A stretch of DNA of 64,000 nucleotides. It comes from Candidatus Uhrbacteria bacterium. Its GTDB lineage: Bacteria > Patescibacteriota > Patescibacteriia > GWA2-47-26. Position 1 is the stretch's first letter; every line of letters starts with the position of its first letter. Shown in pieces: positions 1 to 9,788 of the stretch. Location of the stretch: contig JACPJN010000009.1 of assembly GCA_016187515.1 (NCBI GenBank), forward strand, positions 132,891 through 196,890. Reading direction: 5' to 3'. Both the position numbers and the translations under genes were made by a program. The notes under the pieces are model-generated. The model made no database searches. It worked only from the letters and a program-made list of their open reading frames with translations, and was not told where the DNA came from.

Positions 1-1790
1 CACGTCGAACACGCTCGGGTAGCCATTGGGGTCGGTGATTTGTTTCATGCCAATAACCACCCATTCTCTCATAGGCTGGTCAGTATAGGAAAGACGGTAA
101 TGAGGACCGACTTCGGTAGGACAGAGTTCTAATCCGAGTGCTTGAGCTTTGTCATAGATTTCTTGAGTGGTTGCGCCTTGGGAAAAGCCAAGGTCTTTTA
201 CTGTGAGCCGAACAAGATCTGCCTGTTCGGCTTTTTTCAAAGTTGTAAAATCCGGGTGTTCCATCATGGCTTTAGCATAAGGATTTATCTGCATACCGGC
301 TTGTTTGAATTCTGCTTCGATCTGTTTTACTGTCCTGCCGCCAATTACGATTTGCTCACGGCGGATTCTTTCTGCAGGAAAAGAAGTATAGATATGTTCC
401 AGATGGGAGTAGGTTTTGAAAATATTCGGGAATAATGGACCGACGTATGCTTTGGTATTTGCGTTTACTTCTTCCTTGCTCCAGGCGATTTGGTCCGGAG
501 CGCAGTCCAGAATAATCGGCGCGTCTTCTTTGGGATTGCGTTTGGAGCGCAGTTCGGCAATGCGAGGGTCTTTGGGATTGTAGCCAAAGTTCTCAATAGG
601 AGCGTTGATTTCGTAGAGAAAAATAAGGTCGTCTTTGGTAAGCGCTTGCTTGGCCTGGACCTTCCGCTCCAAAGCAGTGAGCATTTTCATATCCTGCGCT
701 TTCTTTTCGTACGATTTTCCGTCAGGAAGTGCGGCGAGTTTTGCTTGCGCCACCTCCCCAATATAGCGATCATGCTCTTCGTTTTTTCCCACCCCGCGAA
801 ACTCCAAAATGCGATCGCCTTGGCTCACAAGCACTAATCTTGGCACTGCTGGATTACCGTCCTTATCATTGGAATAATATACTTCCAAATCATTGCCGCC
901 CTGTTCGCGTTCTCCTTGCAAGTAACGCCGGGCCGTAGATTCGCCACGAATGCACCAGCCCGTGCCATAAGGAGCAAGAGAATCCACCAGCGCTTTCGGA
1001 TCTGATCCTTTGGGATATTTGACCCACCTCCCTTTGGTTTGCTTTAGTAGTTCCTCGGATATGGGCTTAAACTCTTCAATGGTCAGACCGTAGAGCTTGG
1101 CAAAGTTTTCTTTATTCAGAAGATCAAGAAATTTCTGCTTGGTTTCCGCGGAAATGTCATAGCCAAACTCTGGGGACTGACCAGCAAATTTCTTCTCCAT
1201 GGCGTCAAAGACCAAAGACAATGCCTGTTGATTCAGTTCCGGAAAAGGACTCACGGTGCCGCCATAGCGCTCGGTAAACTTTTTCTTCTCTTTGTCATAT
1301 CTTCCCATTTTCAAAACACTGCGAAAGGCCCAGTATTTGAGATAGTCCGGATATTTGGCATCCGAGGAGGCAAGATAGTCAACCCATTGATCCAACGATC
1401 GCTTTTGATCTTCAATCACTGGTTCAATAAGCTCTTTGCGCTGGTCTTGTGGAATTTCAATGTCGCCATATCCTTCTTCACGATGACGCGCAATGATTGA
1501 TTGAAAGTATGCTTCTGGAATTTCCGCGGGCTTTATTACATGGCGGGCGTACAAAGATTGCTTAATACCATCAATGCCGCGCTCCCGTTCTTGTTCATCC
1601 GGGCGCTCCACGAGATTTTTGAGGAAATCAAGATAGGCCTGGATGCGCTCATCGGGCTTGGTGGGCGGGATGGGTTCGCCAGGTCGCGTAAAATCAATGA
1701 TGTCTTGCACCTCTGCGCTTTTGGCAAGATCGCGGTATTTTTTGTGGAGAAATCCTGGGCGTTCGGGCATAGTACAATAATTTACCATGA
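1..1790 (-). CDS. Hypothetical protein, C-terminus cut by window edge. Minus-strand frame from the ATG at 1788-1790 stays open to position 1 (>590 aa, begins MPERPGFLHKKYRDLAKSAE).
   Basis: My manual translation of the minus strand shows no stop codon. Only short shadow ORFs are listed on the plus strand here. I recognise no family. Confidence 0.5.
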
Positions 1791-1916
1791 GAAACAACCG
1801 ACGTCAATTATGTTCGTGAGGTTGAACTCCCCCCGCCACCAACAAGAAAACGCAGGCGAGCGCCTCGGGGCGGCCGACTGCGGTTTTTGCGTGAGTTGCC
1901 GGCGCGGGGCGCTCGC

Positions 1917-2225
1917 CTACGTTTTTGACAAATCCCCAAATATCATTTTCTCCGTCTCTTGCGCGCGGGTGGCCAGTTCAATGTCTTTTTCCGTAATCCC
2001 CATCAGATCATAGGTGGTGGTCGCGAGTTTTACCGTATTATGGTGAATAGCGATATCCGGGTGGTGTCCCATATCCTCCGCCGCTTGCGCCACTTCATTT
2101 ACAAATACCATGGCGTCAGTAAAGGTGGGGAATACAAATTCCTTGCGCAAAAACTGGCCGTCCTGCTCCCAGCCCGGAAGGTCACTAAGCGACTTCTGAA
2201 TTTCCTCCTGTGCTAAAAGTGACAT
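1917..2225 (-). CDS. Pterin-4-alpha-carbinolamine dehydratase (PCD/DCoH)
   Basis: Motif EDMGHHPDIAIHHNTVKLATTTYD matches the PCD signature. The first 29 codons of the 131-aa track ORF overlap tRNA-Ser, so I trimmed the start to Met30 (MSLLAQEE). Confidence 0.75.
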   Translation of the reverse strand: MSLLAQEEIQKSLSDLPGWEQDGQFLRKEFVFPTFTDAMVFVNEVAQAAEDMGHHPDIAIHHNTVKLATTTYDLMGITEKDIELATRAQETEKMIFGDLSKT

Positions 2226-2230
2226 ATTAT

Positions 2231-2318
2231 TGGCGGAAGGAGTGGGATTCGAACCCACGGTGAGTTTCCCCACACACGCTTTCCAAGCGTGCTCCTTAAA
2301 CCACTCGGACATCCTTCC
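2231..2318 (-). tRNA. tRNA-Ser(GGA), 88 nt, long variable arm, CCA encoded
   Basis: Reverse complement reads GGAAGGATGTCCGAGTGGTTTAAGGAGCACGCTTGGAAAGCGTG...GGTTCGAATCCCACTCCTTCCGCCA. Anticodon loop is TTGGAAA and the acceptor pairs 7 bp. Confidence 0.85.
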
Positions 2319-2467
2319 AATTTACTCGGCCACGGCGTCTATCCCGCGCCTTTCCTTTATGGTGCGGGACGACCCCACCAAATTTCACCCCATCTCTCTC
2401 TTCCTTGGAAACCTTTAGGAGTTGCCTGGCGAGGAGACCCGCAGGCCCATTTATCTCTTAAGCGAGA

Positions 2468-2600
2468 AGTGGCCGACGGCGGTGTGTGAGCGCAGCATTG
2501 GGAGCGTCTGCAGTCCTCTCTGCAATTTTCCCTATGCTCTTAAATTGCAGAGGGACGGAAGAGGACCCTTGCAGCTGCGAGCACACACTGCCGGCGGGCG
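2468..2600. ncRNA. Candidate structured RNA: long hairpin with nested internal helices
   Basis: Outer pairing cggcggtgtgtgagcgcagc / gctgcgagcacacactgccg. Inner stems are ctgcagtcctct/agaggacccttgcag and ctctgcaatt/aattgcagag. Lies between a minus-strand CDS and tRNA-Ser. Confidence 0.3.
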
Positions 2601-2656
2601 CTTTGAGCGACCCTACCACGAGCGTGTTCCGAGACAGGCACTCCTGATGGTTTCCA

Positions 2657-3037
2657 TCACCTCCCCAATCCTACCACAACTGCCTCAACCAGTTCAACCC
2701 GCATAAGATACCAAGCCACGGCCAGGAGACCGCCAACCGCCGTCATTCCAAAACCAACCCCCAGCCAAAATGAGATACGCGGCGGCGCTAACGGGCGGTG
2801 AATCATTCTAGGCCGCATTTGCAACGGTTGATTATCTTGCGGAACTGCCGGGACCGGCTGCGGGAGTTGACTAACCCGTGACGGATTTATCAGCTGTTCC
2901 TTGGCTATTCCAAGCGTCGCGGCATTAAGCACGCTTTTTAGCGCCCTTTTTTTAATCGGCGACCCGCGTCCGGCTCGGGCACGGCGCTTTTTCAGTTGAT
3001 GGCCTTGCGATTTTTGAGAAATTTGCTTTTGGGTCAT
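2657..3037 (-). CDS. Hypothetical basic/Pro-rich protein with C-terminal transmembrane segment
   Basis: ORF only; a hydrophobic stretch sits at the C-terminus. Confidence 0.35.
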   Translation of the reverse strand: MTQKQISQKSQGHQLKKRRARAGRGSPIKKRALKSVLNAATLGIAKEQLINPSRVSQLPQPVPAVPQDNQPLQMRPRMIHRPLAPPRISFWLGVGFGMTAVGGLLAVAWYLMRVELVEAVVVGLGR

Positions 3038-3081
3038 GTAAATATTCTATCAGCATTATCTAAAACCGGCAACTTACCACT

Positions 3082-3477
3082 TCAGGACTTCTTGAAAAGC
3101 CGAAAAAATCTCTCCGGCGCAGCGGAAGTAAATAGCGCCAAGGTTGCCGCCAGCAGTCCCACGTCGCGCACCGTAATCTCATTGATTCCGGAAACCGTAA
3201 GCACAATGATCAGGTGAATGGATCCCACTGCCGCGGCAAGCCAAGTCAGTACGCCGCTCAAAAACAATACCCCGATCATAATGTCCAATACCGCGGTCCC
3301 AATCATGGCCTCGCGAAGCGGAACCGGCAAAAGTCCGGCGGCCCAGGGCGCAATAAAACCGGTTCCCCAAAGCTCCGGCGCTTTCAAAATCAAAATCCCG
3401 ATCCAAATGAAGGTTACCGCCACCCCCACGCGCAGAATGTGAAAACCCAAGACACGCATATACAATCTGCCTATCAT
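3082..3477 (-). CDS. Small integral membrane protein (about 4 TM)
   Basis: Hydrophobic helices through most of the ORF. Confidence 0.4.
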   Translation of the reverse strand: MIGRLYMRVLGFHILRVGVAVTFIWIGILILKAPELWGTGFIAPWAAGLLPVPLREAMIGTAVLDIMIGVLFLSGVLTWLAAAVGSIHLIIVLTVSGINEITVRDVGLLAATLALFTSAAPERFFRLFKKS

Positions 3478-3523
3478 TATGAGACCATTGAACAGGTGTT
3501 AGTTCTTCAACATTTTCATTATA

Positions 3524-5872
3524 TCACAAGCGCAGCCGACGCAACAGTTGGGCGTTAAAGGCCACGATAACCGTGGAAAGCGACATCAATATTGCGGCAA
3601 AGGCCGGCGCCAGAATAATGCCGAGTGGCAGAAACGCGCCCGCGGCCGCCGGAATCGCAAAGGCGTTATATCCGGTTGCCCAAATTAAATTTTCCACCAT
3701 TTTCCGGTAAGTCGCCCGCGCGAGTTTAATAATCCGCACAATATCGCGCGGGTCGCTTTTGATTAGCACAATGCCCGCGGATTCGATGGCCACATCAGTG
3801 CCCGCGCCTATCGCGATTCCCACATCCGCCGCGGTAAGCGCCGGCGCGTCATTAATGCCGTCCCCGACCATCGCCACCCGCATCCCGCGCTTTTGCAGCT
3901 CCTGAACTTTCTCCACTTTTTGCTCCGGCAACACTTGCGCAAAATATTCATCAATTCCAAGCTCCTTTGCCACCCACTCCGCTACCGGTTTTGCGTCGCC
4001 GGTTATCATTGCCACTTTCACTCCCATATCATGAAGCACGTGCACTGCCGCGCGCGACTCTTCGCGAATAATATCGGCTACTCCGAATGCCGCGACAGTT
4101 TTATCATCAGCAATGAGATATATCACAGTTTTACCTTGTGCCTGTAGTACAGTAATGTCTTTTGACAAAAGTTCCATACTTGGAACTATGGAACTTTTTT
4201 CTGGAGACGCGGAAAGTAAATTTTCTCCTCCCACCCGCACCATTTTACCATTTACAAAACCCTCTACTCCACGTCCTGGCAATGCTTTTACATCCGCCGC
4301 TTTCGGTATTGTCAAGCCGCGCTCTTGCGCGGCCTTAACAATCGCTTTGGCAATCGGATGCTCGGACTCGCGATCCACCGCCGCCGCCAGCGCCAACAAT
4401 TCATTCTGCGCGGACTGTGAACTGTGAACTGATGACTGTGAACTCACTAGTATATCAGTGACACCGTATTCGCCACGGGTTAATGTTCCGGTTTTATCAA
4501 AAAGCACTATGTCAATCTTTCGCGCCAACTCCAGCGCCAGTTTCTCGCGCACCAGCAGCCCACTGCGTGCCGAAAGCGTAGTGGAAATTGAAGCGACGAG
4601 CGGCACGGCCAATCCCAGCGCGTGCGGACAGGCAATGACGAGCACGGCCACCACACGGGTCAGCGCTACCGCGATTCCGGCATCAAGCGCTAACCATGCC
4701 ACGACTGTAACTGCGCCCACCGTAACCGCGATAATTGTCAACACCAGCGCGGCTTTGTCCGCCAGCGCTTGCACGCGGCTGCGCGAGGCCTGGGCCTGGG
4801 CCACGAGCCGCATAATACCCGCGAGCGCGGTTTGCTCGCCGACTTTGGCCACGCGCACTTTAAGCGCGCCTTCGCCATTGATTGTCCCGGCAATCACCGG
4901 ACTGCCCGGTTTTTTGTCAACCGGTTTTGACTCGCCGGTAATCATGGATTCATTCACGCTGGAAACACCCTCAACAATTTCTCCGTCCGCCGGCACCTTG
5001 GTACCCGGCCGCACAAGAACAATATCACCAACACGTAATTCTGAAACCGGTACGATCTCAATACCTTCATTCATAACCCCCCTATCCCCCCTTATCTTAA
5101 GGGGGGTATTTGTTGTGTCTCCCTCCCTTAAGGTAAGGGAGGGCGGGGGTGGGTTATGCATTGCAATCCGCTCCGCCGTATCCGGTAAAAGCTTTGCCAA
5201 CTCCCGCAGCGCGCCCGAAGCATGTCCCACTGCCGCCATTTCAATCCAATGGCCCAAAAGCATGATCGTAATCAGCGTGGCAATTTCCCAAAACAGCGGC
5301 TCGCCAATTGGCCAAAACACCGTGAGCACGCTATACGAATACGCCACCGTTATAGCCAGCGCGATAAGCGTCATCATCCCGGGCAAACGATGCTTCAGTT
5401 CCGCAATCGCGCCCCGGATAAACACCCAACCGCCGTAGAAAAAAATCATACTCGCCAACGCGAGCGTCAAATACATGTGTCCTGGAAATTCCGGAAAGTG
5501 CACGCGGAACAACTTCTGTACCACGTCAGCGTACGCCAAAACCGGCAAGGTCAGCGCCAAACACACCCAAAACCGTTGCTTGAACATATTCACACTATGC
5601 CCCGCATGTCCCGACGCTTCGGTCGGGATCCCGACTTTACGTCGGGACTTGTCCACCAATTTGTCATTTCGAGGGAGCGCGGCAACCGAGAAATCTCTAC
5701 CGCCTTGCATACCACGGTGTAGAGATTCCTCACTACGTTCGGAATGACGAATTGGTTGCGGCCGATGATGGCTACAATAATAATGCATCACCCCTTGCGC
5801 GTCCTTTTCCGCATACTCGGCCACCATCCCGCATAATTCACATTTTTGTCCTTTAGGAATTTCGTGTTTCAT
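3524..5872 (-). CDS. copB: Copper-translocating P1B-type ATPase, CopB-like (CPH motif, His-rich N-terminus)
   Basis: DKTGTLT phosphorylation motif; CPH in the TM6 segment [11 protein letters not shown]; [10 protein letters not shown] hinge; N-terminal CxxC (CELCGM). Carries three in-frame palindromic inserts. Confidence 0.9.
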   Translation of the reverse strand: MKHEIPKGQKCELCGMVAEYAEKDAQGVMHYYCSHHRPQPIRHSERSEESLHRGMQGGRDFSVAALPRNDKLVDKSRRKVGIPTEASGHAGHSVNMFKQRFWVCLALTLPVLAYADVVQKLFRVHFPEFPGHMYLTLALASMIFFYGGWVFIRGAIAELKHRLPGMMTLIALAITVAYSYSVLTVFWPIGEPLFWEIATLITIMLLGHWIEMAAVGHASGALRELAKLLPDTAERIAMHNPPPPSLTLREGDTTNTPLKIRGDRGVMNEGIEIVPVSELRVGDIVLVRPGTKVPADGEIVEGVSSVNESMITGESKPVDKKPGSPVIAGTINGEGALKVRVAKVGEQTALAGIMRLVAQAQASRSRVQALADKAALVLTIIAVTVGAVTVVAWLALDAGIAVALTRVVAVLVIACPHALGLAVPLVASISTTLSARSGLLVREKLALELARKIDIVLFDKTGTLTRGEYGVTDILVSSQSSVHSSQSAQNELLALAAAVDRESEHPIAKAIVKAAQERGLTIPKAADVKALPGRGVEGFVNGKMVRVGGENLLSASPEKSSIVPSMELLSKDITVLQAQGKTVIYLIADDKTVAAFGVADIIREESRAAVHVLHDMGVKVAMITGDAKPVAEWVAKELGIDEYFAQVLPEQKVEKVQELQKRGMRVAMVGDGINDAPALTAADVGIAIGAGTDVAIESAGIVLIKSDPRDIVRIIKLARATYRKMVENLIWATGYNAFAIPAAAGAFLPLGIILAPAFAAILMSLSTVIVAFNAQLLRRLRL

Positions 5873-7100
5873 AATCTCTTAAGAGTTTAGCCACTCCCAG
5901 CGCGGTTCCATCGTCTGTGATTTGCCGGCGCACGTTGACTCCCGATACCTTCGCTTGTATGGAAACCATGCGGACATCACGCGTAATACCGCCGTCAATC
6001 ACCAGCGTACGCGGACGAATTGGCAGCTTTTTTAAATATCCATCCACATCTTTGGCAATATACGTGAGCGCCCTATCCAATTTATTGACATCATGTAAGA
6101 CCTTGTCTATTGCGGACCCGCTTCCTTCAATTTTTGCCTCCAGCGCGAATTGTGGACGCCGCGCGCCGGGCATAAGGGTGGTAAAAAACGGCTGCCTCAA
6201 CACATACTTCGACCCTAGTGATTGCACCAAAAACGTTCCTGTGCCATAAGTGACTTTGGTAGTACCTGGACTAACCCCTACTCCATACATACTGGCTTGC
6301 TGATCGCCGCATACCGCACGCACCGGCAAACGTGCGCCAACCACCTCATGGCGCAAAACACCGAATTTTGACTGTGATGGGCGCACTTCCGGCAGTATCG
6401 CGCGCGGCACACCAAATATCTCGAGCAACTCATCATCCCACTTTAAAGTACGGATATTATACAAAAGCGTGCGCGAAGCATTAGTCCAGTCAGTCAAATG
6501 CGGCCGGCCTTCAAGCAGATTCCATAAGATCCAAGTGTCCACGGTGCCGAAAAATAGTTCACCACCCCTAACCCCTCCTCGGCGAGGAGGGGAAACGATT
6601 CGCTTTCCTCCCCTGCCCGAGGGTAGGATTAAGGAGGGGTGGGAGCGATTGCTAACCACATTCCTTAAAATCCACCCCACCTTTGTCGCGGAAAAATACG
6701 GATCAATAGCCAGTCCGGTTTTACCGCGCACCTCGTCGCTAAGAGACGGACGCCGTCTCTTAGCGACGGCACACTCTTTCGCGGTCCTTTTATCTTCCCA
6801 AACAATCGCGGGATAAATCGGTTTTCCGGTTTTGCGATTCCACACGATTGCGGTTTCTCGCTGATTGGTAAGACCGAAGGCGCGCAGTGATTTTAGCGGA
6901 ACTCGGCTTGCCCGCACTGCAGTGCGCAGCACTTGTTTGCTGACTGCCAGGAGCTCGGAGGGCGATTGCTCAACGAATCCCGGCTTTGGATGCGTTTTTC
7001 TAATACGCGCATACGCGCGTCCCACAATTTCAATACTCTGCGAAAAAACCAAGGCCTTAATTCCGGTTGTACCTACGTCAAGCACCAAATAATATCTCAT
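5853..7100 (-). CDS. FGGY-family carbohydrate kinase (glycerol kinase-like) with in-frame GC-rich insert
   Basis: N-terminal YYLVLDVGTTGIKALVF, then TNQRETAIVWN and GTVDTWILWNL, all typical of GlpK/FGGY. The insert encodes SGRGGKRIVSPPRRGGVRGG. Confidence 0.7.
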   Translation of the reverse strand: MRYYLVLDVGTTGIKALVFSQSIEIVGRAYARIRKTHPKPGFVEQSPSELLAVSKQVLRTAVRASRVPLKSLRAFGLTNQRETAIVWNRKTGKPIYPAIVWEDKRTAKECAVAKRRRPSLSDEVRGKTGLAIDPYFSATKVGWILRNVVSNRSHPSLILPSGRGGKRIVSPPRRGGVRGGELFFGTVDTWILWNLLEGRPHLTDWTNASRTLLYNIRTLKWDDELLEIFGVPRAILPEVRPSQSKFGVLRHEVVGARLPVRAVCGDQQASMYGVGVSPGTTKVTYGTGTFLVQSLGSKYVLRQPFFTTLMPGARRPQFALEAKIEGSGSAIDKVLHDVNKLDRALTYIAKDVDGYLKKLPIRPRTLVIDGGITRDVRMVSIQAKVSGVNVRRQITDDGTALGVAKLLRDYETRNS

Positions 7101-8200
7101 AGCGCAGTATCGGCAAAAAATTTCTTAATCTCCTTGCAGGGGTCGGCGCCGCGGTATAACACGCGACACACCAGATTAAGCAGCGGCGCTTTTACTTTTT
7201 TGCGGCGCGCCAAATCGAAAAAAACTTTCGTGGCGGCAACGCCTTCATGAGTTTGACTGCTTTTCTGCCATACAAATTTGCAATGCCCTTCTTTACAAAT
7301 ACGCTCGCCCAAGGCGCGATTGCGGCCATCGCCTAACCCCGTAACCACCAAATCCCCCACCCCGGCCAATCCGTGGACCGTAATCGCTTTACCGCCAAGC
7401 GCCACAACCACCTGTTCCATCTCGGCAACCGCCAGAGTAAACATAAACGCCTTCATATTCATCGGCAAACCAATTTCGTGATATTTCGTGTCCGACCATC
7501 GGTATCCTTTCGTGGTCTTTCGTGTATAACCATCGCACATCCCGAGCGCGATCGCATAAACATTTTTAAGCCCTCCGCATATACCCACCCCTTTCCAGTC
7601 CGCGGAAACCGCCACCTTAAATGTGGAGGAGGTAAAGACATCGCGCACTAATTCACGCGCTTTCTTGTCCTGACTTGCCGCGACTACCGCGGTCGGTACA
7701 CCGCGGACCAATTCCTTGGCAATGGACGGCCCGGAAATAGTAACCACCCTACGACGCAGCGCCGCGGGCAATTCCGATTGCACAACTTCGTGCATGGTAA
7801 GATTAGTCTTGGCTTCCAATCCCTTTACGACATGCGCAATTACCAACCTCCGCCCCTCACCCTCCCCTCTCCCACGGGGAGAGGGTGGCCGTAGGCCGGG
7901 TGAGGGAATTAGGCACTGTGCCAACTTCCGCACCGTCTGGCGCACATACGGCGACGCGCACGCCACGATCACTAGTGCGGCGTTTTCCACCGCCCGTTCC
8001 ATGCTCGCCTCCGGCACAATATTCTTGGATAATTTCACTCCTGGTAAAAATCGTTCATTCTTTCCAGTTCGTGCGATTACCTCGACAGTTCGTGATTCAT
8101 AATCCCAAAGCGCGGCGCGATGTCCGCGCAACGCTAAAATCTGCGCCAGCGCGGTTCCCATATTTCCGGCGCCTAAAACCGTGGTATTTATTTTTGCCAT
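7097..8200 (-). CDS. gpsA: NAD(P)H-dependent glycerol-3-phosphate dehydrogenase with in-frame palindromic insert
   Basis: Rossmann motif TVLGAGNMGTALAQIL and a GpsA-like C-terminal domain. Insert encodes SPGLRPPSPRGRGEGEGRR. Confidence 0.85.
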   Translation of the reverse strand: MAKINTTVLGAGNMGTALAQILALRGHRAALWDYESRTVEVIARTGKNERFLPGVKLSKNIVPEASMERAVENAALVIVACASPYVRQTVRKLAQCLIPSPGLRPPSPRGRGEGEGRRLVIAHVVKGLEAKTNLTMHEVVQSELPAALRRRVVTISGPSIAKELVRGVPTAVVAASQDKKARELVRDVFTSSTFKVAVSADWKGVGICGGLKNVYAIALGMCDGYTRKTTKGYRWSDTKYHEIGLPMNMKAFMFTLAVAEMEQVVVALGGKAITVHGLAGVGDLVVTGLGDGRNRALGERICKEGHCKFVWQKSSQTHEGVAATKVFFDLARRKKVKAPLLNLVCRVLYRGADPCKEIKKFFADTAL

Positions 8201-8204
8201 ACGA

Positions 8205-8579
8205 TTACTTCAACCACGCTTTCCCTTTTGGCCAGCCATACAGCATCAGCAAGGCGAGCGGCGCGCCCCAGTTGGCCCAGCGCTCCACAAAATCCCAAAC
8301 CGGCTCGCCGGCAATCGGCCGCAGGAGCGCGGTCCAAAATCCCCAGAATGCCATCCACAGAAGAGCCAACCGCACTGGCCGGACCAGCACCAACAATGCC
8401 AGCAAAATATCCATCGCCCCGATCCACGGCATGAGCGTCAGCGCCTGATCTCCGGAAAATCCCACCGCCGTAAAGTATTTAATCCAACCGGCTTTTTGCT
8501 GCAGGGCAAACACGCCGTGCCCGATAAATTCTCCGGCCACGGCAATCCGCAGAATCCACTCAATTTTTTTGATATTCAT
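8205..8579 (-). CDS. Integral membrane protein (DoxX-like topology?)
   Basis: Three to four hydrophobic helices. Confidence 0.4.
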   Translation of the reverse strand: MNIKKIEWILRIAVAGEFIGHGVFALQQKAGWIKYFTAVGFSGDQALTLMPWIGAMDILLALLVLVRPVRLALLWMAFWGFWTALLRPIAGEPVWDFVERWANWGAPLALLMLYGWPKGKAWLK

Positions 8580-8582
8580 ATA

Positions 8583-8852
8583 TTAAGCGCCTGGTTTCAT
8601 GAATGCGTTGTAAATACTTACAAAAACCGCCGCAATAACCCAGCCGTACACAAAGGCCTCCACCAAAAGAATTACTACTCCGCCCGCACTTAACATGGCA
8701 AACCCGGGATGTCCCAGTCCGGCAAGCTGCTCCATGAAGGCCCGGGACTGGCCGGTCAAGGTCGCCATCCGAATGATCGCGACAATGTGCACAATGACCG
8801 CGAAAAGTGAAAGCGTCCAGCCTACGCGAGTAATACTTAATTTATGATCCAT
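8583..8852 (-). CDS. Small membrane protein
   Basis: ORF with two TM helices. Confidence 0.35.
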   Translation of the reverse strand: MDHKLSITRVGWTLSLFAVIVHIVAIIRMATLTGQSRAFMEQLAGLGHPGFAMLSAGGVVILLVEAFVYGWVIAAVFVSIYNAFMKPGA

Positions 8853-8874
8853 ATTTTTGTGCGATTACTAATTA

Positions 8875-9201
8875 TTATTTACAACAAGCCCCGCCTTCTT
8901 TCCCTTCCTCACCATGCGCTTGCGTATGCCCGCCTCCCGCACAGCAAATTCCCGCCAATTTCCATACTCCGACCGCGATCAGGCCCCAAACAAAGGACTG
9001 CACTAAACCTGAAATGAAACTTGCCGCGTTAAATCCGCTAAATCCAAAGAACGCGATCTGCCACATCTGCAAGTGCAGCGCTGAAAGTTCAGCATCCAGT
9101 CCGCGAATCGCCGGCCAGAAAAAACACAGCACATAAAGCCCGCCAAACAATGCGCCCACTTGCAAAGCCAGTCGTGTATACGTTTTAGGATGTACGCACA
9201 T
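8875..9201 (-). CDS. Membrane protein with Cys/His-rich C-terminal tail (CCAGGGHTQAHGEEGKEGGACCK)
   Basis: Hydrophobic core plus a tail that looks metal-binding; sits in the copper locus. Confidence 0.4.
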   Translation of the reverse strand: MCVHPKTYTRLALQVGALFGGLYVLCFFWPAIRGLDAELSALHLQMWQIAFFGFSGFNAASFISGLVQSFVWGLIAVGVWKLAGICCAGGGHTQAHGEEGKEGGACCK

Positions 9202-9213
9202 ATCGTTTGTTAG

Positions 9214-9762
9214 TTATTTAAATAATTCTTTTAAATACTTTGCGATGACGAGCGCGAGCGCCACGGCCGCGAGGATTCCAACCACAGACCACAACGTGCT
9301 AAAACCAGCCGAGTATGATCCGCCCATCATCGTGCCCAATCCGGATAGTGCGCTCCTTGATCCCATCATTCCGCTTCCGCTCATCATGCCGCCTCCGCTT
9401 CCCATCATGGTCATCATATTCATCATTCCGCTCATCATTCCGGCCGGCATTGGGGCGCTGCCGTCACAGCCGGACATCCGTTTGCCCATGGCCGTATGCA
9501 TCTGCGCCTCGCTCCCCTCTCCCATCATTTTTTCCATTAGCGCGTCCATGCTTTCATGCGCCTCCCCCAGCATCTGTTCCATATAATAATCCCCCATGCT
9601 CTCAAACTTTTCATCATCCAGCATGGCGCATTGCGCGGCGCCCGCGCGCAAATCTTCCGCCAATTGCTGACCCAGGGCGCGATCAGCGCCGTGCGCGTCT
9701 GCCGCTGCCGGGGCTACCGCTAACACCAGCGTTGTTAACCCCAGGATTATCTTTTGCTTCAT
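9214..9762 (-). CDS. Secreted Met-rich protein, putative copper-binding
   Basis: Signal peptide, runs such as MMSGMMNMMTMMGSGGGMMSGSGMMG, C-terminal TM anchor. Adjacent to copB and csoR. Confidence 0.6.
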   Translation of the reverse strand: MKQKIILGLTTLVLAVAPAAADAHGADRALGQQLAEDLRAGAAQCAMLDDEKFESMGDYYMEQMLGEAHESMDALMEKMMGEGSEAQMHTAMGKRMSGCDGSAPMPAGMMSGMMNMMTMMGSGGGMMSGSGMMGSRSALSGLGTMMGGSYSAGFSTLWSVVGILAAVALALVIAKYLKELFK

Positions 9763-9788
9763 ACTCCCACCCCCTTTCCGCCGTCTGA

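Noticed and set aside
1917-2312. The 131-aa form of the PCD ORF
   Set aside because: Its first 29 codons are the reverse complement of tRNA-Ser(GGA) (2231..2318). The start was moved to the internal Met at 2225.
2320-2660. RNase P RNA, tmRNA or SRP RNA in the structured region upstream of tRNA-Ser
   Set aside because: I looked for the conserved primary motifs (RNase P P4 GGAAAGUCCGGGC, the tmRNA tRNA-like end and tag ORF, the SRP GGAAGCAG helix) on both strands and found none. I kept it only as a generic structured-RNA candidate.
4458-5438. Long plus-strand ORFs (4458..5438, 39241..39882, 48070..49017, 51748..52617, 33572..34348, 34528..35253 minus, among others) overlapping annotated genes
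   Set aside because: They are shadow ORFs of GC-rich coding regions on the opposite strand. Their translations are Arg/Pro/Ser-rich low-complexity with no motifs, while the opposite strand carries clear family signatures.
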